DNA of 58,291 nucleotides, taken from positions 1-58,291 of the forward strand of contig URIT01000005.1 in assembly GCA_900547945.1 (NCBI GenBank). Direction: 5' to 3'. The position numbers were made by a program, and so were the translations under genes. Below, piece after piece: positions 43,175 to 50,948 of this stretch. The DNA comes from an uncultured bacterium. Its GTDB lineage: Bacteria > Verrucomicrobiota > Kiritimatiellia > RFP12 > UBA1067. Under the pieces are notes generated by a model that worked only from the letters and a program-made list of their open reading frames with translations, was not told where the DNA came from and searched no databases. Each line of letters begins with the position of its first letter. Position 1 is the first letter of the stretch.

Positions 43175-44314
43175 TCATTTCAGGCTCTTGATTTCCGCGG
43201 CCGTGAACGGCACGCTGCGCGCGAGCGTGAGACAGCGGTATTCGTTCCAGTTCCCCGTCTTGAACTTCGCGCGTTCGGCCTCGTCCTTCAGCGGACGCAC
43301 CGCGCAGTAGACGAGCCAGAGCTTGCCGTCATGCCAGATCGCCGCGCCCTTGTGGGCGTGGATCGAGTCGATCTCGCCGGGCTTGCCGACCGGCACGACC
43401 GGCCGCGCGTAGCTGCGCCAGTTCAGGCCGTCCGGCGAGACGGCGACGCCCTCCTGCGCGCCCGGCCCGCCGCCGAGGCCGCAGAAGTAGCGCATCCAGC
43501 GCGACCGCCGCGCATCCCACATCACGCCCTGCCCACAGGTGAAGTTCCGGTCCCATCCGACCTGGCCGACCGTGCAGACGGGGTTGCGCCCGTAGCGCCG
43601 CCATTTCGTGAGCGAATCGTCCTCGGCGAACGCGACGCCGACCTGCTCCTTCCAGGGCCAGCTCGGGCTGGACTTGCCGTTGTAGTAGAGCCAGTAGGTA
43701 CCGTCGCGCGGCACGACCCACACGCTGTAGAGCCCCGCCCCGTCCCACGACGACGGATCGGGCCCCTTCTCGAAGACCGGCTTGTCGAGGCAGTGCCACG
43801 CGAGAAGGTTCTCGTCCGTCGTCCACGCGAGGCCATTCGCCGCGCCGCCCGATTCATACCCCTTTCCGGGATAGGCGTGGTACATGAGCCAGTACTTCCC
43901 GTCCTTCTCGATGAGCTCGCGCGAACCGTAGAGGTCGTTCTCCTGGAGAAAGCAGGAAATCGCCCGTCCGTTCATGTCCCAGCCGTTCTTCGACTGTCCG
44001 CGCGCGAAGACGACGCCGTGCTTCGTCCAGTGGAGCATGTCCGCCGTGGATGCAAGCGCGGTCTGGTAGCCCACGCCGTCGAAGCCGATGTACATCATGT
44101 AGATGCGGCCCCTGTGGCGGAAGAGGCGGGCGTGGTCCACCGCGAGGCGGTCGAACGCCCCCGGCTCGCCCGAGGGCGCGAGGATCGGCCGTCCGAGCTT
44201 GTACGGCGCGAGATACTCCTTCACCTCGGCCTCGTCCGTGATCGGTTCGGCCGCCGCGGCCATGTTCACCGCCACGACGGCGGACAACGCCAGGAACAAA
44301 CCCTTCAACTTCAT
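43175..44314 (-). CDS. Secreted five-bladed beta-propeller glycoside hydrolase (GH43/GH130-like)
   Basis: ORF 43175..44395, with the start at MKLKGLFLALSAVVAVNMAAA (44314). Repeated blade motifs: YMMYIGFDG...HWTKHG, KYWLMYHAY, GLAWTTDENLLAW, TYWLYYNG, VGVAFAEDDSLTKW, VAVSPDGLNW, KLWLVYCA. Confidence 0.7.
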   Translation of the reverse strand: MKLKGLFLALSAVVAVNMAAAAEPITDEAEVKEYLAPYKLGRPILAPSGEPGAFDRLAVDHARLFRHRGRIYMMYIGFDGVGYQTALASTADMLHWTKHGVVFARGQSKNGWDMNGRAISCFLQENDLYGSRELIEKDGKYWLMYHAYPGKGYESGGAANGLAWTTDENLLAWHCLDKPVFEKGPDPSSWDGAGLYSVWVVPRDGTYWLYYNGKSSPSWPWKEQVGVAFAEDDSLTKWRRYGRNPVCTVGQVGWDRNFTCGQGVMWDARRSRWMRYFCGLGGGPGAQEGVAVSPDGLNWRSYARPVVPVGKPGEIDSIHAHKGAAIWHDGKLWLVYCAVRPLKDEAERAKFKTGNWNEYRCLTLARSVPFTAAEIKSLK

Positions 44315-44350
44315 CTTGCTGGTCCTTTCTGATTTTCCTCTCCCGGTCTC

Positions 44351-44359
44351 ATCGTACCA
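44351..44359 (-). promoter_or_regulatory. Extended -10 TGGTACGAT upstream of the beta-propeller GH gene
   Basis: The minus strand reads gtcgTGGTACGATgagaccggg...aaaggaccagcaagATG. Confidence 0.4.
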
Positions 44360-44462
44360 CGACAATCGTTCCCTTCTCCCTTCCCGGACCCACACGGCAG
44401 AACGAGGCGATCAGACATCATGAACGGCACGATGCGCGTGAGCGTGAGACCGTTCTGGGGGA

Positions 44463-44519
44463 CTATTGTGCTCCGTAAAAGTAGATGCCGCTACCGACGA
44501 TGAACTCCCGGCGCGTCAT
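44463..44519 (-). pseudogene. 18-codon remnant ORF with a twin-arginine-type N-terminus (MTRREFIVGSGIYFYGAQ*), coupled by ATGA to the DUF5107 gene stop
   Basis: See the finding at 44396-44519. It is followed by a 30-nt copy of the 3' end of the beta-propeller GH gene. Confidence 0.4.
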
Positions 44520-47500
44520 TCAATCTCCTTCAAAAGCCTCTTCAGCGCACCGGCCTTCTCGCGGGCCTTCGCCGCACGCTCCATCGCCGAGTTGTCGCCC
44601 GCGAACTTCGCATAGGCGTTGATGACGGTCGGCTGGGGCGTTTCAAGTTCCCGGATCGCCTGTTTCAGTTCGGCGATGAGCGGCGCCGTCTCGGCGTCGC
44701 GTCCGAGTTCCCGCAGGGCCTTGACCCGCCAGTAGTCCATCTCGCCCGCGTGGATCCAGCCCTTGAGGGACTTCTCCAGCTCGGTCCTGTAGCCCGCCGC
44801 GTCGCCGAGCGCCTTCCTGCACTGCGCCATGAAGTAGCGGCTCTTCGGCTCCGTGCCCGCATCTCCGGGGCGCCCCGCCTGCAGGTTGTCGGGATAGGTC
44901 GTCGACTCCTCGAAATACCCGAGCGCCGCCTTGTAGTCGTCCTTCGCCATCGCCGCCCGGCCGAGGCCAATGCACGCCTCGACGAACGGCGCAAGAAGCC
45001 CGTCCGCGCCCTCCCACACGTGGAAGCGCCGCGTCGTGAGGATGGCGTGCGCCTTCTCGTAGTCGCCGACGGCGTTGTGGCAGTACGCGAGCCGCAGCAT
45101 GTTCGCGTCGTACTTCCCGCAGGCCTCCGGGTACTTCAGCATCAGCGCCAGGCGTTCCGGCGCGGGCAGGTTCAGCTTCTCGGCGAGCTTGCCCGCCTCG
45201 TCGAGGGTGCGGAAGTTCCCGGGATCGGCTTCGAGCGCCCTGAGGTAGCAGTCGTACGCCTCGCGGCTTGCGACGCCCGAGGGGACGCCCGTGTTGGTGA
45301 AGTACGTGCCGGGGTGCGACAGGCCGAAGCCGAGGCAGCGGAGCGCGAGCGCATGACGCGGGTCGATCCCGACCGCCTTCTTCCACGCGCCGAGCGCGGC
45401 GGCCTTCTGGTCCATGTTCCAGAGGATCTCGCCGAGGAAATACTGCGTGTCCGCATCCGGCGGCAGGTTCGCCGCCGCCCACCGGAGGACCTCCAGTTCC
45501 TCCAGGCGGCTCGGGAAGCAGTAGATCCAGTCCACCTTTTCGAGGACGGGCTTCGCCGCCGGGTTCAGCTTCGTCTCCGCCGCCGCCTTGAAGAAAGCGA
45601 ACATCGGCTCGCGGTAGCTGTTGCACGCGGCCAGCGTCTCACCGAGCGGCAAGGCCCCCTCCGTCGCATACGGCTTCTCGGCGCGCGCCTTCGCGAGCGC
45701 GGCGCCGCAGAGGGCGACGACCTCATCGTAACAGCCGACCGCCCAGTAGTCGCCCACGCATTCGAGGAGCTGCTGCGCCTTGAGGCCGCGGTTCTTCTCC
45801 GCCTCGGCGAAGGACGTGCCACCCGTCCGCTCGACCGCGCCCCAGTATTCGAGCGGATCGCACGCGAACGCCCGGTCGAGGCACGGCGCGGCTTCGGCGG
45901 CGCGACCGAGCTTGCGGAGCGCAATCGCCTTCAGCGTCCAGAGCTTCGCCTCGTCCTGCCCAAGGGCGAGCGCGTCGTCGATGCGCAGCAGGGCCTCGGC
46001 GAAGTCGCCCCTGAGCAGCGCGAGGCGCGCGATCTCGGCGTAGGACTCCTTCTTGTAGCTCTGCCGCCAGGTGCAGCGCCAGAAGAGGTCTTCGGCGGCC
46101 TTGAGGTTGCCAAGGCCCTTCTCGCAGAGCGCGAGGTAGTATTCGGGCGCGGCGTCGAGGGCGCGCGTGAAGTTCTGGGTCGCGCGGCGGACGGCCCGCG
46201 CGAGATACGGTCTCGCCTCCGCGTACGCGCCGTTCTTGAGGCGACGGACGCCGAGCGCAAGGTTGGCGCGCGTGTAGTCGGGGTCGATTTCCAGCGCACG
46301 GCGGTAGTACGGCTCGGGATCGATGAGACCGTTGTGGAACTGGTCGAGGCGCAAACCGACTTCATAGGCGAGTTCGGCCGAGGCGTACGTCTTCGGGTCC
46401 TTCGGGTTCTCCACCTTCGGCGGAAGCGGGTCGTGGGGGTCCGGCCCGACGGGCGTGTAGGCGAGGAAGACCCTGCCGTCCGCATCGGCGATCGACGCCG
46501 TGAATTCCTGGTCTTTCGCGTCAGCCGCGACCTTGACAGGCTTGCACCACGGCGTGTTCGGATCGAGGGCGACGTTCTTCTCCTCAAAGACCACCACGGG
46601 AGGGACGGGCTCTCTCCCGTCCGCGGCCGCGACGGAGCGCGGCCCTCCCCTCAGAACGCGCACCGTGCAGCCCTTCAGCGCGCGCGTCGAATGGAACCCG
46701 ACCAGAAGTTCCGCCTTGCCGCGCCGCTCGACGTTCACCGCGCCGTCGATCGTCACGTTTTTCACGCCGCCAATGCCCTTCACGGGGAACCAGAACTGCG
46801 AGACCTTGCGCGTCTCGTAGGGCGCGATCCACGAGTAGTCGGGCTGGTTGTCGCTCCAGCAGCCCACCATCAGCTCCAGATACGGCCCGTCGCTGTCGGT
46901 CAGCACCGTGTCCCAGACGTGCGCCTCGGGGAAGTTGCCCCAAAGGAAGAACTTCTTGCCAACCGTGAGATGGCGGTTCGAGACGTGCGCCGTGCCCATG
47001 TTCCGCTTGTGGTCCATGCCCGCGAGCCAGGCGTTGTCGGGGTCCATCGCGAAGATCGAGCGCGATTCGATCGTGTAGTTGCGCCACCACGAGAGGTCCA
47101 TCGTGCCCGAAATGTCGTCTGCGTACTTCGAACGCTGGGACGGCAGAAGCTCGACTTCCTCCTTGCGCGGTCCGATCGGCCAGCTCGTCCAGTAGTTCTT
47201 GTGGTGGTCGAAGCCAAGATGGCAGCTCGGCGGGAAGATGATCTGGTAGTCGTCGCCGCAGTGGACCGAGACGTTCGCCCAGTAGATCATCGACTCAATG
47301 AACGGACCGCGGTTCATGAAGACGTTGTCGGCCCTGAGGACGGCGCGGTCGGGCATCATCGACAGGCCGATCGTCCACTTCAGGCGGCGACGCAGTTCCG
47401 TCTCGCCGATCCAGACCGTCTTCGAGCCGTCCGCGTTCGCCGCGAGCCTCCAGTCGATCGGCATTGCCGTCGTCGCGCGGTGGTGGTGCGGGAAGTTCCA

Positions 47501-47920
47501 CTCCACGCCGCCCGAGATCCACGCCCCGAGCATGCCGATCAGGGCGGGCTTGACGACGTGCTGGCGGTAGAACGCCTCGAAACCCGTCTCGCGATCCGTG
47601 AAGTTGAGAAGATGCCCGCCATGTTCGGGCAGAAGCCCCATCTGAAGCCACTTGTTCTCAAGCGTCAGGTACGTATACGTCTCGTCGACCTTGCCGTCGA
47701 AAAGGACATCCTGCATGGGATACGGATAGACGCGCCCCTGCGCGCCCTGGTAGACGCGCCCCGTATAGAACAGCGGCGTCTTGTCATATCCTCCCGGCGC
47801 ATACGTCGGGAGGACGATGGACGACTTCGCGACCTTGACCTCCGAACGGTCTTCCCCGGAGGCGGCGAACGCGAAACTACCACATAAAACGGCACCAAAG
47901 GCCAGCAAACAAGTTCTCAT
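44516..47920 (-). CDS. DUF5107 domain protein with C-terminal TPR repeats, secreted
   Basis: ORF 44516..47962, with the start at MRTCLLAFGAVLCGSFAFA (47920), 7 nt after a -10 box. The N-terminal block ...LENKWLQMGLLPEHGGHLLNF...NFPHHHR... looks like DUF5107 (from memory). The C-terminal half is TPR-like. Confidence 0.75.
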   Translation of the reverse strand: MRTCLLAFGAVLCGSFAFAASGEDRSEVKVAKSSIVLPTYAPGGYDKTPLFYTGRVYQGAQGRVYPYPMQDVLFDGKVDETYTYLTLENKWLQMGLLPEHGGHLLNFTDRETGFEAFYRQHVVKPALIGMLGAWISGGVEWNFPHHHRATTAMPIDWRLAANADGSKTVWIGETELRRRLKWTIGLSMMPDRAVLRADNVFMNRGPFIESMIYWANVSVHCGDDYQIIFPPSCHLGFDHHKNYWTSWPIGPRKEEVELLPSQRSKYADDISGTMDLSWWRNYTIESRSIFAMDPDNAWLAGMDHKRNMGTAHVSNRHLTVGKKFFLWGNFPEAHVWDTVLTDSDGPYLELMVGCWSDNQPDYSWIAPYETRKVSQFWFPVKGIGGVKNVTIDGAVNVERRGKAELLVGFHSTRALKGCTVRVLRGGPRSVAAADGREPVPPVVVFEEKNVALDPNTPWCKPVKVAADAKDQEFTASIADADGRVFLAYTPVGPDPHDPLPPKVENPKDPKTYASAELAYEVGLRLDQFHNGLIDPEPYYRRALEIDPDYTRANLALGVRRLKNGAYAEARPYLARAVRRATQNFTRALDAAPEYYLALCEKGLGNLKAAEDLFWRCTWRQSYKKESYAEIARLALLRGDFAEALLRIDDALALGQDEAKLWTLKAIALRKLGRAAEAAPCLDRAFACDPLEYWGAVERTGGTSFAEAEKNRGLKAQQLLECVGDYWAVGCYDEVVALCGAALAKARAEKPYATEGALPLGETLAACNSYREPMFAFFKAAAETKLNPAAKPVLEKVDWIYCFPSRLEELEVLRWAAANLPPDADTQYFLGEILWNMDQKAAALGAWKKAVGIDPRHALALRCLGFGLSHPGTYFTNTGVPSGVASREAYDCYLRALEADPGNFRTLDEAGKLAEKLNLPAPERLALMLKYPEACGKYDANMLRLAYCHNAVGDYEKAHAILTTRRFHVWEGADGLLAPFVEACIGLGRAAMAKDDYKAALGYFEESTTYPDNLQAGRPGDAGTEPKSRYFMAQCRKALGDAAGYRTELEKSLKGWIHAGEMDYWRVKALRELGRDAETAPLIAELKQAIRELETPQPTVINAYAKFAGDNSAMERAAKAREKAGALKRLLKEIE

Positions 47921-47927
47921 GGCGCGT

Positions 47928-47936
47928 ATTGTACCA
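47928..47936 (-). promoter_or_regulatory. Extended -10 TGGTACAAT, 7 nt from the ATG (leaderless-type)
   Basis: The minus strand reads aaaaTGGTACAATacgcgccATGaga. Confidence 0.6.
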
Positions 47937-48027
47937 TTTTTAGGCGGTCTGAACAACGACACAATCGTGCAAAGAATATATGACCGATCGGGCAGCTTGT
48001 TTCGTCACACAATCACGGACCTTGACG

Positions 48028-48100
48028 TTCCGGTGTAATGTCCGTTTCACTGTTCCGGTGTGGTGTCGTTTCACTGTTTCGGTGTGATGTCGTTTTACAG
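48028..48100. repeat. Three tandem 24-25-bp direct repeats (iteron-like), noncoding
   Basis: TTCCGGTGTAATGTCCGTTTCACTG / TTCCGGTGTGGTGTCGTTTCACTG / TTTCGGTGTGATGTCGTTTTACAG. Confidence 0.85.
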
Positions 48101-48274
48101 GGCGACGGATTCTCCCACCGACGACGATCCCCCTATCGGCAACGGAGCCGTCTGCCAGTAACGGAGTCTCCTACGCATTCCACGAGAACTCCGTCCCGCG
48201 CATCCCACCGGGAACATCCTCGATTCCTACTCTTGGGCTCGGTTCCTACTCGCTCTTGGGAAGATCCTCCGTTC

Positions 48275-49426
48275 CTACTCCAGATGCCGCTCGACCGCCG
48301 CCCACAGCGCGGCGAATGTCCCGCCAACCTCCCCGCGCCCCACTCCGCCAACCTCCCCATACACCACTCCGCCGACCTCCCCGCGCCCTGCTCCGCCGAC
48401 CTCCCTATACACCACTCCGCCGACCTCCCCGCGCCCTGCTCCGCCGACCTCTCCTCCAACGCCCAATTTCTCCCGTATCGCGTCCGTTCTCTCCCGCCGC
48501 ACACCCAAACCCTCCCGCCGCGCGTCCCGCATAATCGTCCGTACCCGTTCCAGCCGCCGCCGGATATCCTTTGGCGACATCCGCACCACCCCGTTCTGAG
48601 ATTTCACTGCGTAATAATTCTTATTCGCCACCCCGAAGGAGAGGCTTCCCGTCGCGATCGGATTCGGCGGCAGTCCGTCGAACACGGCCGACGTCGGAAT
48701 CGGGTCCGGGATCTCCGTCGCCTGGCGGAGGCGCTTGGCAAGTGCCTTGAATCGCATAATCGTCTTGTACTTTCCGCTGAGCTGCGGGAGGTTCGCGGCG
48801 ATCCATGCCTTGATCCCACCATTGCGTCCGACGATCACGCCGTCAACAATGCGCAGGCAGTTGTCGACATGGCACTCGAGGTCGTGGACAAGCCCCCCGA
48901 AACGGACGCGCGCCTCGTCGGACGCATTGCGCGCCTCCCACGCCGCGAGGAATGCCTCCGGAGTCGGGCAGGGCGCGAGTGTCGTGCGGCGGCGGATCGC
49001 CCGCCGCTCCGCCGCGAGACGCCGGCGGCGCGCGTTGTCGCGTGCGTAGTAGCGGGTGCGATAGGCACGCTGCTGGAGGCGGTTGATCTCGTACGCAAGG
49101 CCGCGGCGGTAGCAGCGCAGTCCGCGCAGGTCCGTGATCCCCAGCGCGAGCTGGAGGCCCACAAGCGGGTTGCGGAGGAGGAAGGCGCACTCGTCGAGCC
49201 GCAGCGATTCCGTTCGGTCGAGGAGCCCGCGCTCGTACGCATCGTGGTACCAGACCGCGCGATCGCCCGGCATCCGCCCCGCGCAGACATCGTCCATCTC
49301 GCCCGCACGCGCGTATGTGCGCACGCCAATGCGCCCCGCGCCCTGATCAAGGAAATTGTGCTCGAACCACGCCGCGAAGTTCGCCCGTACCTCCGACGAG
49401 ACCTCCCACATCCATTTCTTCGCCAT
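48275..49426 (-). CDS. Orphan hypothetical protein (383 aa) with a C-terminal Gly/Val-rich octapeptide repeat
   Basis: ORF 48275..49510, with the start at MAKKWMWEVSSEV (49426) and an AAGGAGGA SD. I recognise no family. The Arg-rich middle reads YYARDNARRRRLAAERRAIRRR. The tail is (GEVGGAGR/GEVGGVVY)n. Confidence 0.65.
   Translation of the reverse strand: MAKKWMWEVSSEVRANFAAWFEHNFLDQGAGRIGVRTYARAGEMDDVCAGRMPGDRAVWYHDAYERGLLDRTESLRLDECAFLLRNPLVGLQLALGITDLRGLRCYRRGLAYEINRLQQRAYRTRYYARDNARRRRLAAERRAIRRRTTLAPCPTPEAFLAAWEARNASDEARVRFGGLVHDLECHVDNCLRIVDGVIVGRNGGIKAWIAANLPQLSGKYKTIMRFKALAKRLRQATEIPDPIPTSAVFDGLPPNPIATGSLSFGVANKNYYAVKSQNGVVRMSPKDIRRRLERVRTIMRDARREGLGVRRERTDAIREKLGVGGEVGGAGRGEVGGVVYREVGGAGRGEVGGVVYGEVGGVGRGEVGGTFAALWAAVERHLE
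48321..48457. repeat. 24-bp tandem repeat x5.7 inside the orphan CDS, with two alternating variants (48-bp super-unit)
   Basis: CCGCCRACCTCCCCGCGCCCYRCT alternating with CCGCCRACCTCCCYATACACCACT. Confidence 0.85.
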
Positions 49427-49535
49427 GCCCAGTCCTCCTTTTCCAGTCAATTTCCTGTTCCAACCGCATCGCACCAGCCACACGGCGTCGCACAAGCTAC
49501 ACCGTTTCAACCAATGCAGTCCCAGCCGATGGGAG

Positions 49536-49565
49536 AGGATAGCAAACCCCGCCCCGCGCCGTCAA
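49536..49565 (-). promoter_or_regulatory. Promoter of the orphan gene: TTGACG-18-TGCTATCCT
   Basis: The minus strand reads atctcaTTGACGgcgcggggcggggttTGCTATCCTctccc. It is directly abutted by the TTATTACGCAGTAAAATCTCA motif. Confidence 0.45.
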
Positions 49566-49668
49566 TGAGATTTTACTGCGTAATAAAAATTCAAGAATCC
49601 TACGCCATTGACTCGCAAAGAACGGCATCCCGGCGACATCCTGGTGGCATACAGGCTAGTGACATACA

Positions 49669-49746
49669 GGCGACATCTCCGACATCCTGGTATCCTGGCG
49701 ACATCTCCGACATCCTGGCATCCCGGCGACTCCTCCGACATCCCGG
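49669..49746. repeat. Three direct repeats with 28-bp period (GGCGACWYCTCCGACATCCYGG) upstream of the xylR-like promoter
   Basis: Copies at 49669-49690, 49697-49718 and 49725-49746. A shorter GGCGACATCCTGG lies at 49632-49644. Confidence 0.8.
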
Positions 49747-49760
49747 CTTCCAGGCGGCAT

Positions 49761-49790
49761 TTGGCATTTCGGCTTCATTTGTAGTACAAT
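49761..49790 (+). promoter_or_regulatory. Promoter TTGGCA-18-TACAAT, with the -10 box 6 nt from the ATG (leaderless-type)
   Basis: The plus strand reads TTGGCAtttcggcttcatttgtagTACAATgcgcgcATGgac. Confidence 0.55.
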
Positions 49791-49796
49791 GCGCGC

Positions 49797-50948
49797 ATGG
49801 ACATCGTTCTCTTCTTCCAGTCCACCATCCGGAAAAGCTGGCTGCTCAAACTGGGCGGCGCCTATCGCTTCGCACGCGAACACGGTTGGTTCCTACAGAT
49901 TGTGGACGGTCACTCTTCGGCCCGCGAAATCCGCCAGGCCCTCGCGCGCTGGCATCCGATCGGATGCCTCGTCGACCGGGGTCTCGCCCACGGTTCTGCC
50001 CCCGACCGCGTATTCGAAGGCTTCCCGACCGTCTATCTCGACCAGCGTGCAACCTCCATTCCCTGCCGACACCCCCGCCTCGTACACGATTCGGCTGCCG
50101 AAGCGCGGCTCGCGGGACAGGCGCTCCTGGACCTCGACTGCGCATCCTATGCCTATCTTGGCACGGGGCGCAACTACTTCTGGGACCATGAGAGGTGCGA
50201 AACCTTCCGCGCGCTCTGTGCCGGCCAGGGCAGAACGATGACCACCCTCTCCCGCCTAAGGCTCGCCCAAACCATCGCCGCACTGCCAAAGCCCTGCGGC
50301 ATTCTCGCGGCAAACGACGGATGCGCCGTCGAGATCTGGCCCGCCGCCGCCACGTGCGGTCTCTCCATTCCAAACGACATCGCCGTTGCCGGCATCGACA
50401 ACGACGAGACCTATGCCGAGGCCGTCACGCCCGGCCTCACAAGCGCCGAACCCGATTTCGAAGGCGCGGGCTACGAACTCGCGCGTCTTCTGATGGACGA
50501 AATCGCGCGCGTCCGGAACGGTGGAAGGCGAGACGGCCCTGCACCCGTCTCGCACTACGGCGCGTTGCGGCTTGTCCGGCGCGACAGCACGCAGATCCTC
50601 GCCGGAAACGATCCGCGTGTCGGGCACGCGCTTGAGTTCATCCGGCGCCACGCCTGCGAACACGGCCTCTCGACCGGCGATGTCATCGCCATCATGGGCT
50701 GTTCGCGGCGGCTTGCGACCGAACGGTTCAAGAAAGCCGTCGGACACTCGATTCTGGACGAAATCCACGCACGACGCTTCGACGAGGTCCTGCGCCTTCT
50801 CCGCAACCCGCACCAGCAGATCGAGCCGATCGCCGACCTCTGCGGCTATTCCGCCCCCTCGTTCCTGAAGCGCATCTTCAAGAAGAAGACGGGGCTCACC
50901 ATGCGCGCGTGGCGCAAACGGGCGGCAGACCGCGGTCCTGCGGCCTAG
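49797..50948 (+). CDS. XylR-type regulator (periplasmic-binding-protein-like sugar sensor domain + AraC-family HTH)
   Basis: 383 aa. The N-terminal two-thirds is LacI/PBP-like (GILAANDGCAVE, AVAGIDNDE). The C-terminus is AraC HTH (IADLCGYSAPSFLKRIFKKKTGLTMRAWR). Confidence 0.8.
   Translation: MDIVLFFQSTIRKSWLLKLGGAYRFAREHGWFLQIVDGHSSAREIRQALARWHPIGCLVDRGLAHGSAPDRVFEGFPTVYLDQRATSIPCRHPRLVHDSAAEARLAGQALLDLDCASYAYLGTGRNYFWDHERCETFRALCAGQGRTMTTLSRLRLAQTIAALPKPCGILAANDGCAVEIWPAAATCGLSIPNDIAVAGIDNDETYAEAVTPGLTSAEPDFEGAGYELARLLMDEIARVRNGGRRDGPAPVSHYGALRLVRRDSTQILAGNDPRVGHALEFIRRHACEHGLSTGDVIAIMGCSRRLATERFKKAVGHSILDEIHARRFDEVLRLLRNPHQQIEPIADLCGYSAPSFLKRIFKKKTGLTMRAWRKRAADRGPAA

Noticed and set aside
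48028-48457. Possible CRISPR array, because of the regularly sized 24-bp repeats.
   Set aside because: The units are directly adjacent with no spacers. One set lies inside a CDS and keeps the reading frame. There are no cas genes and no leader.
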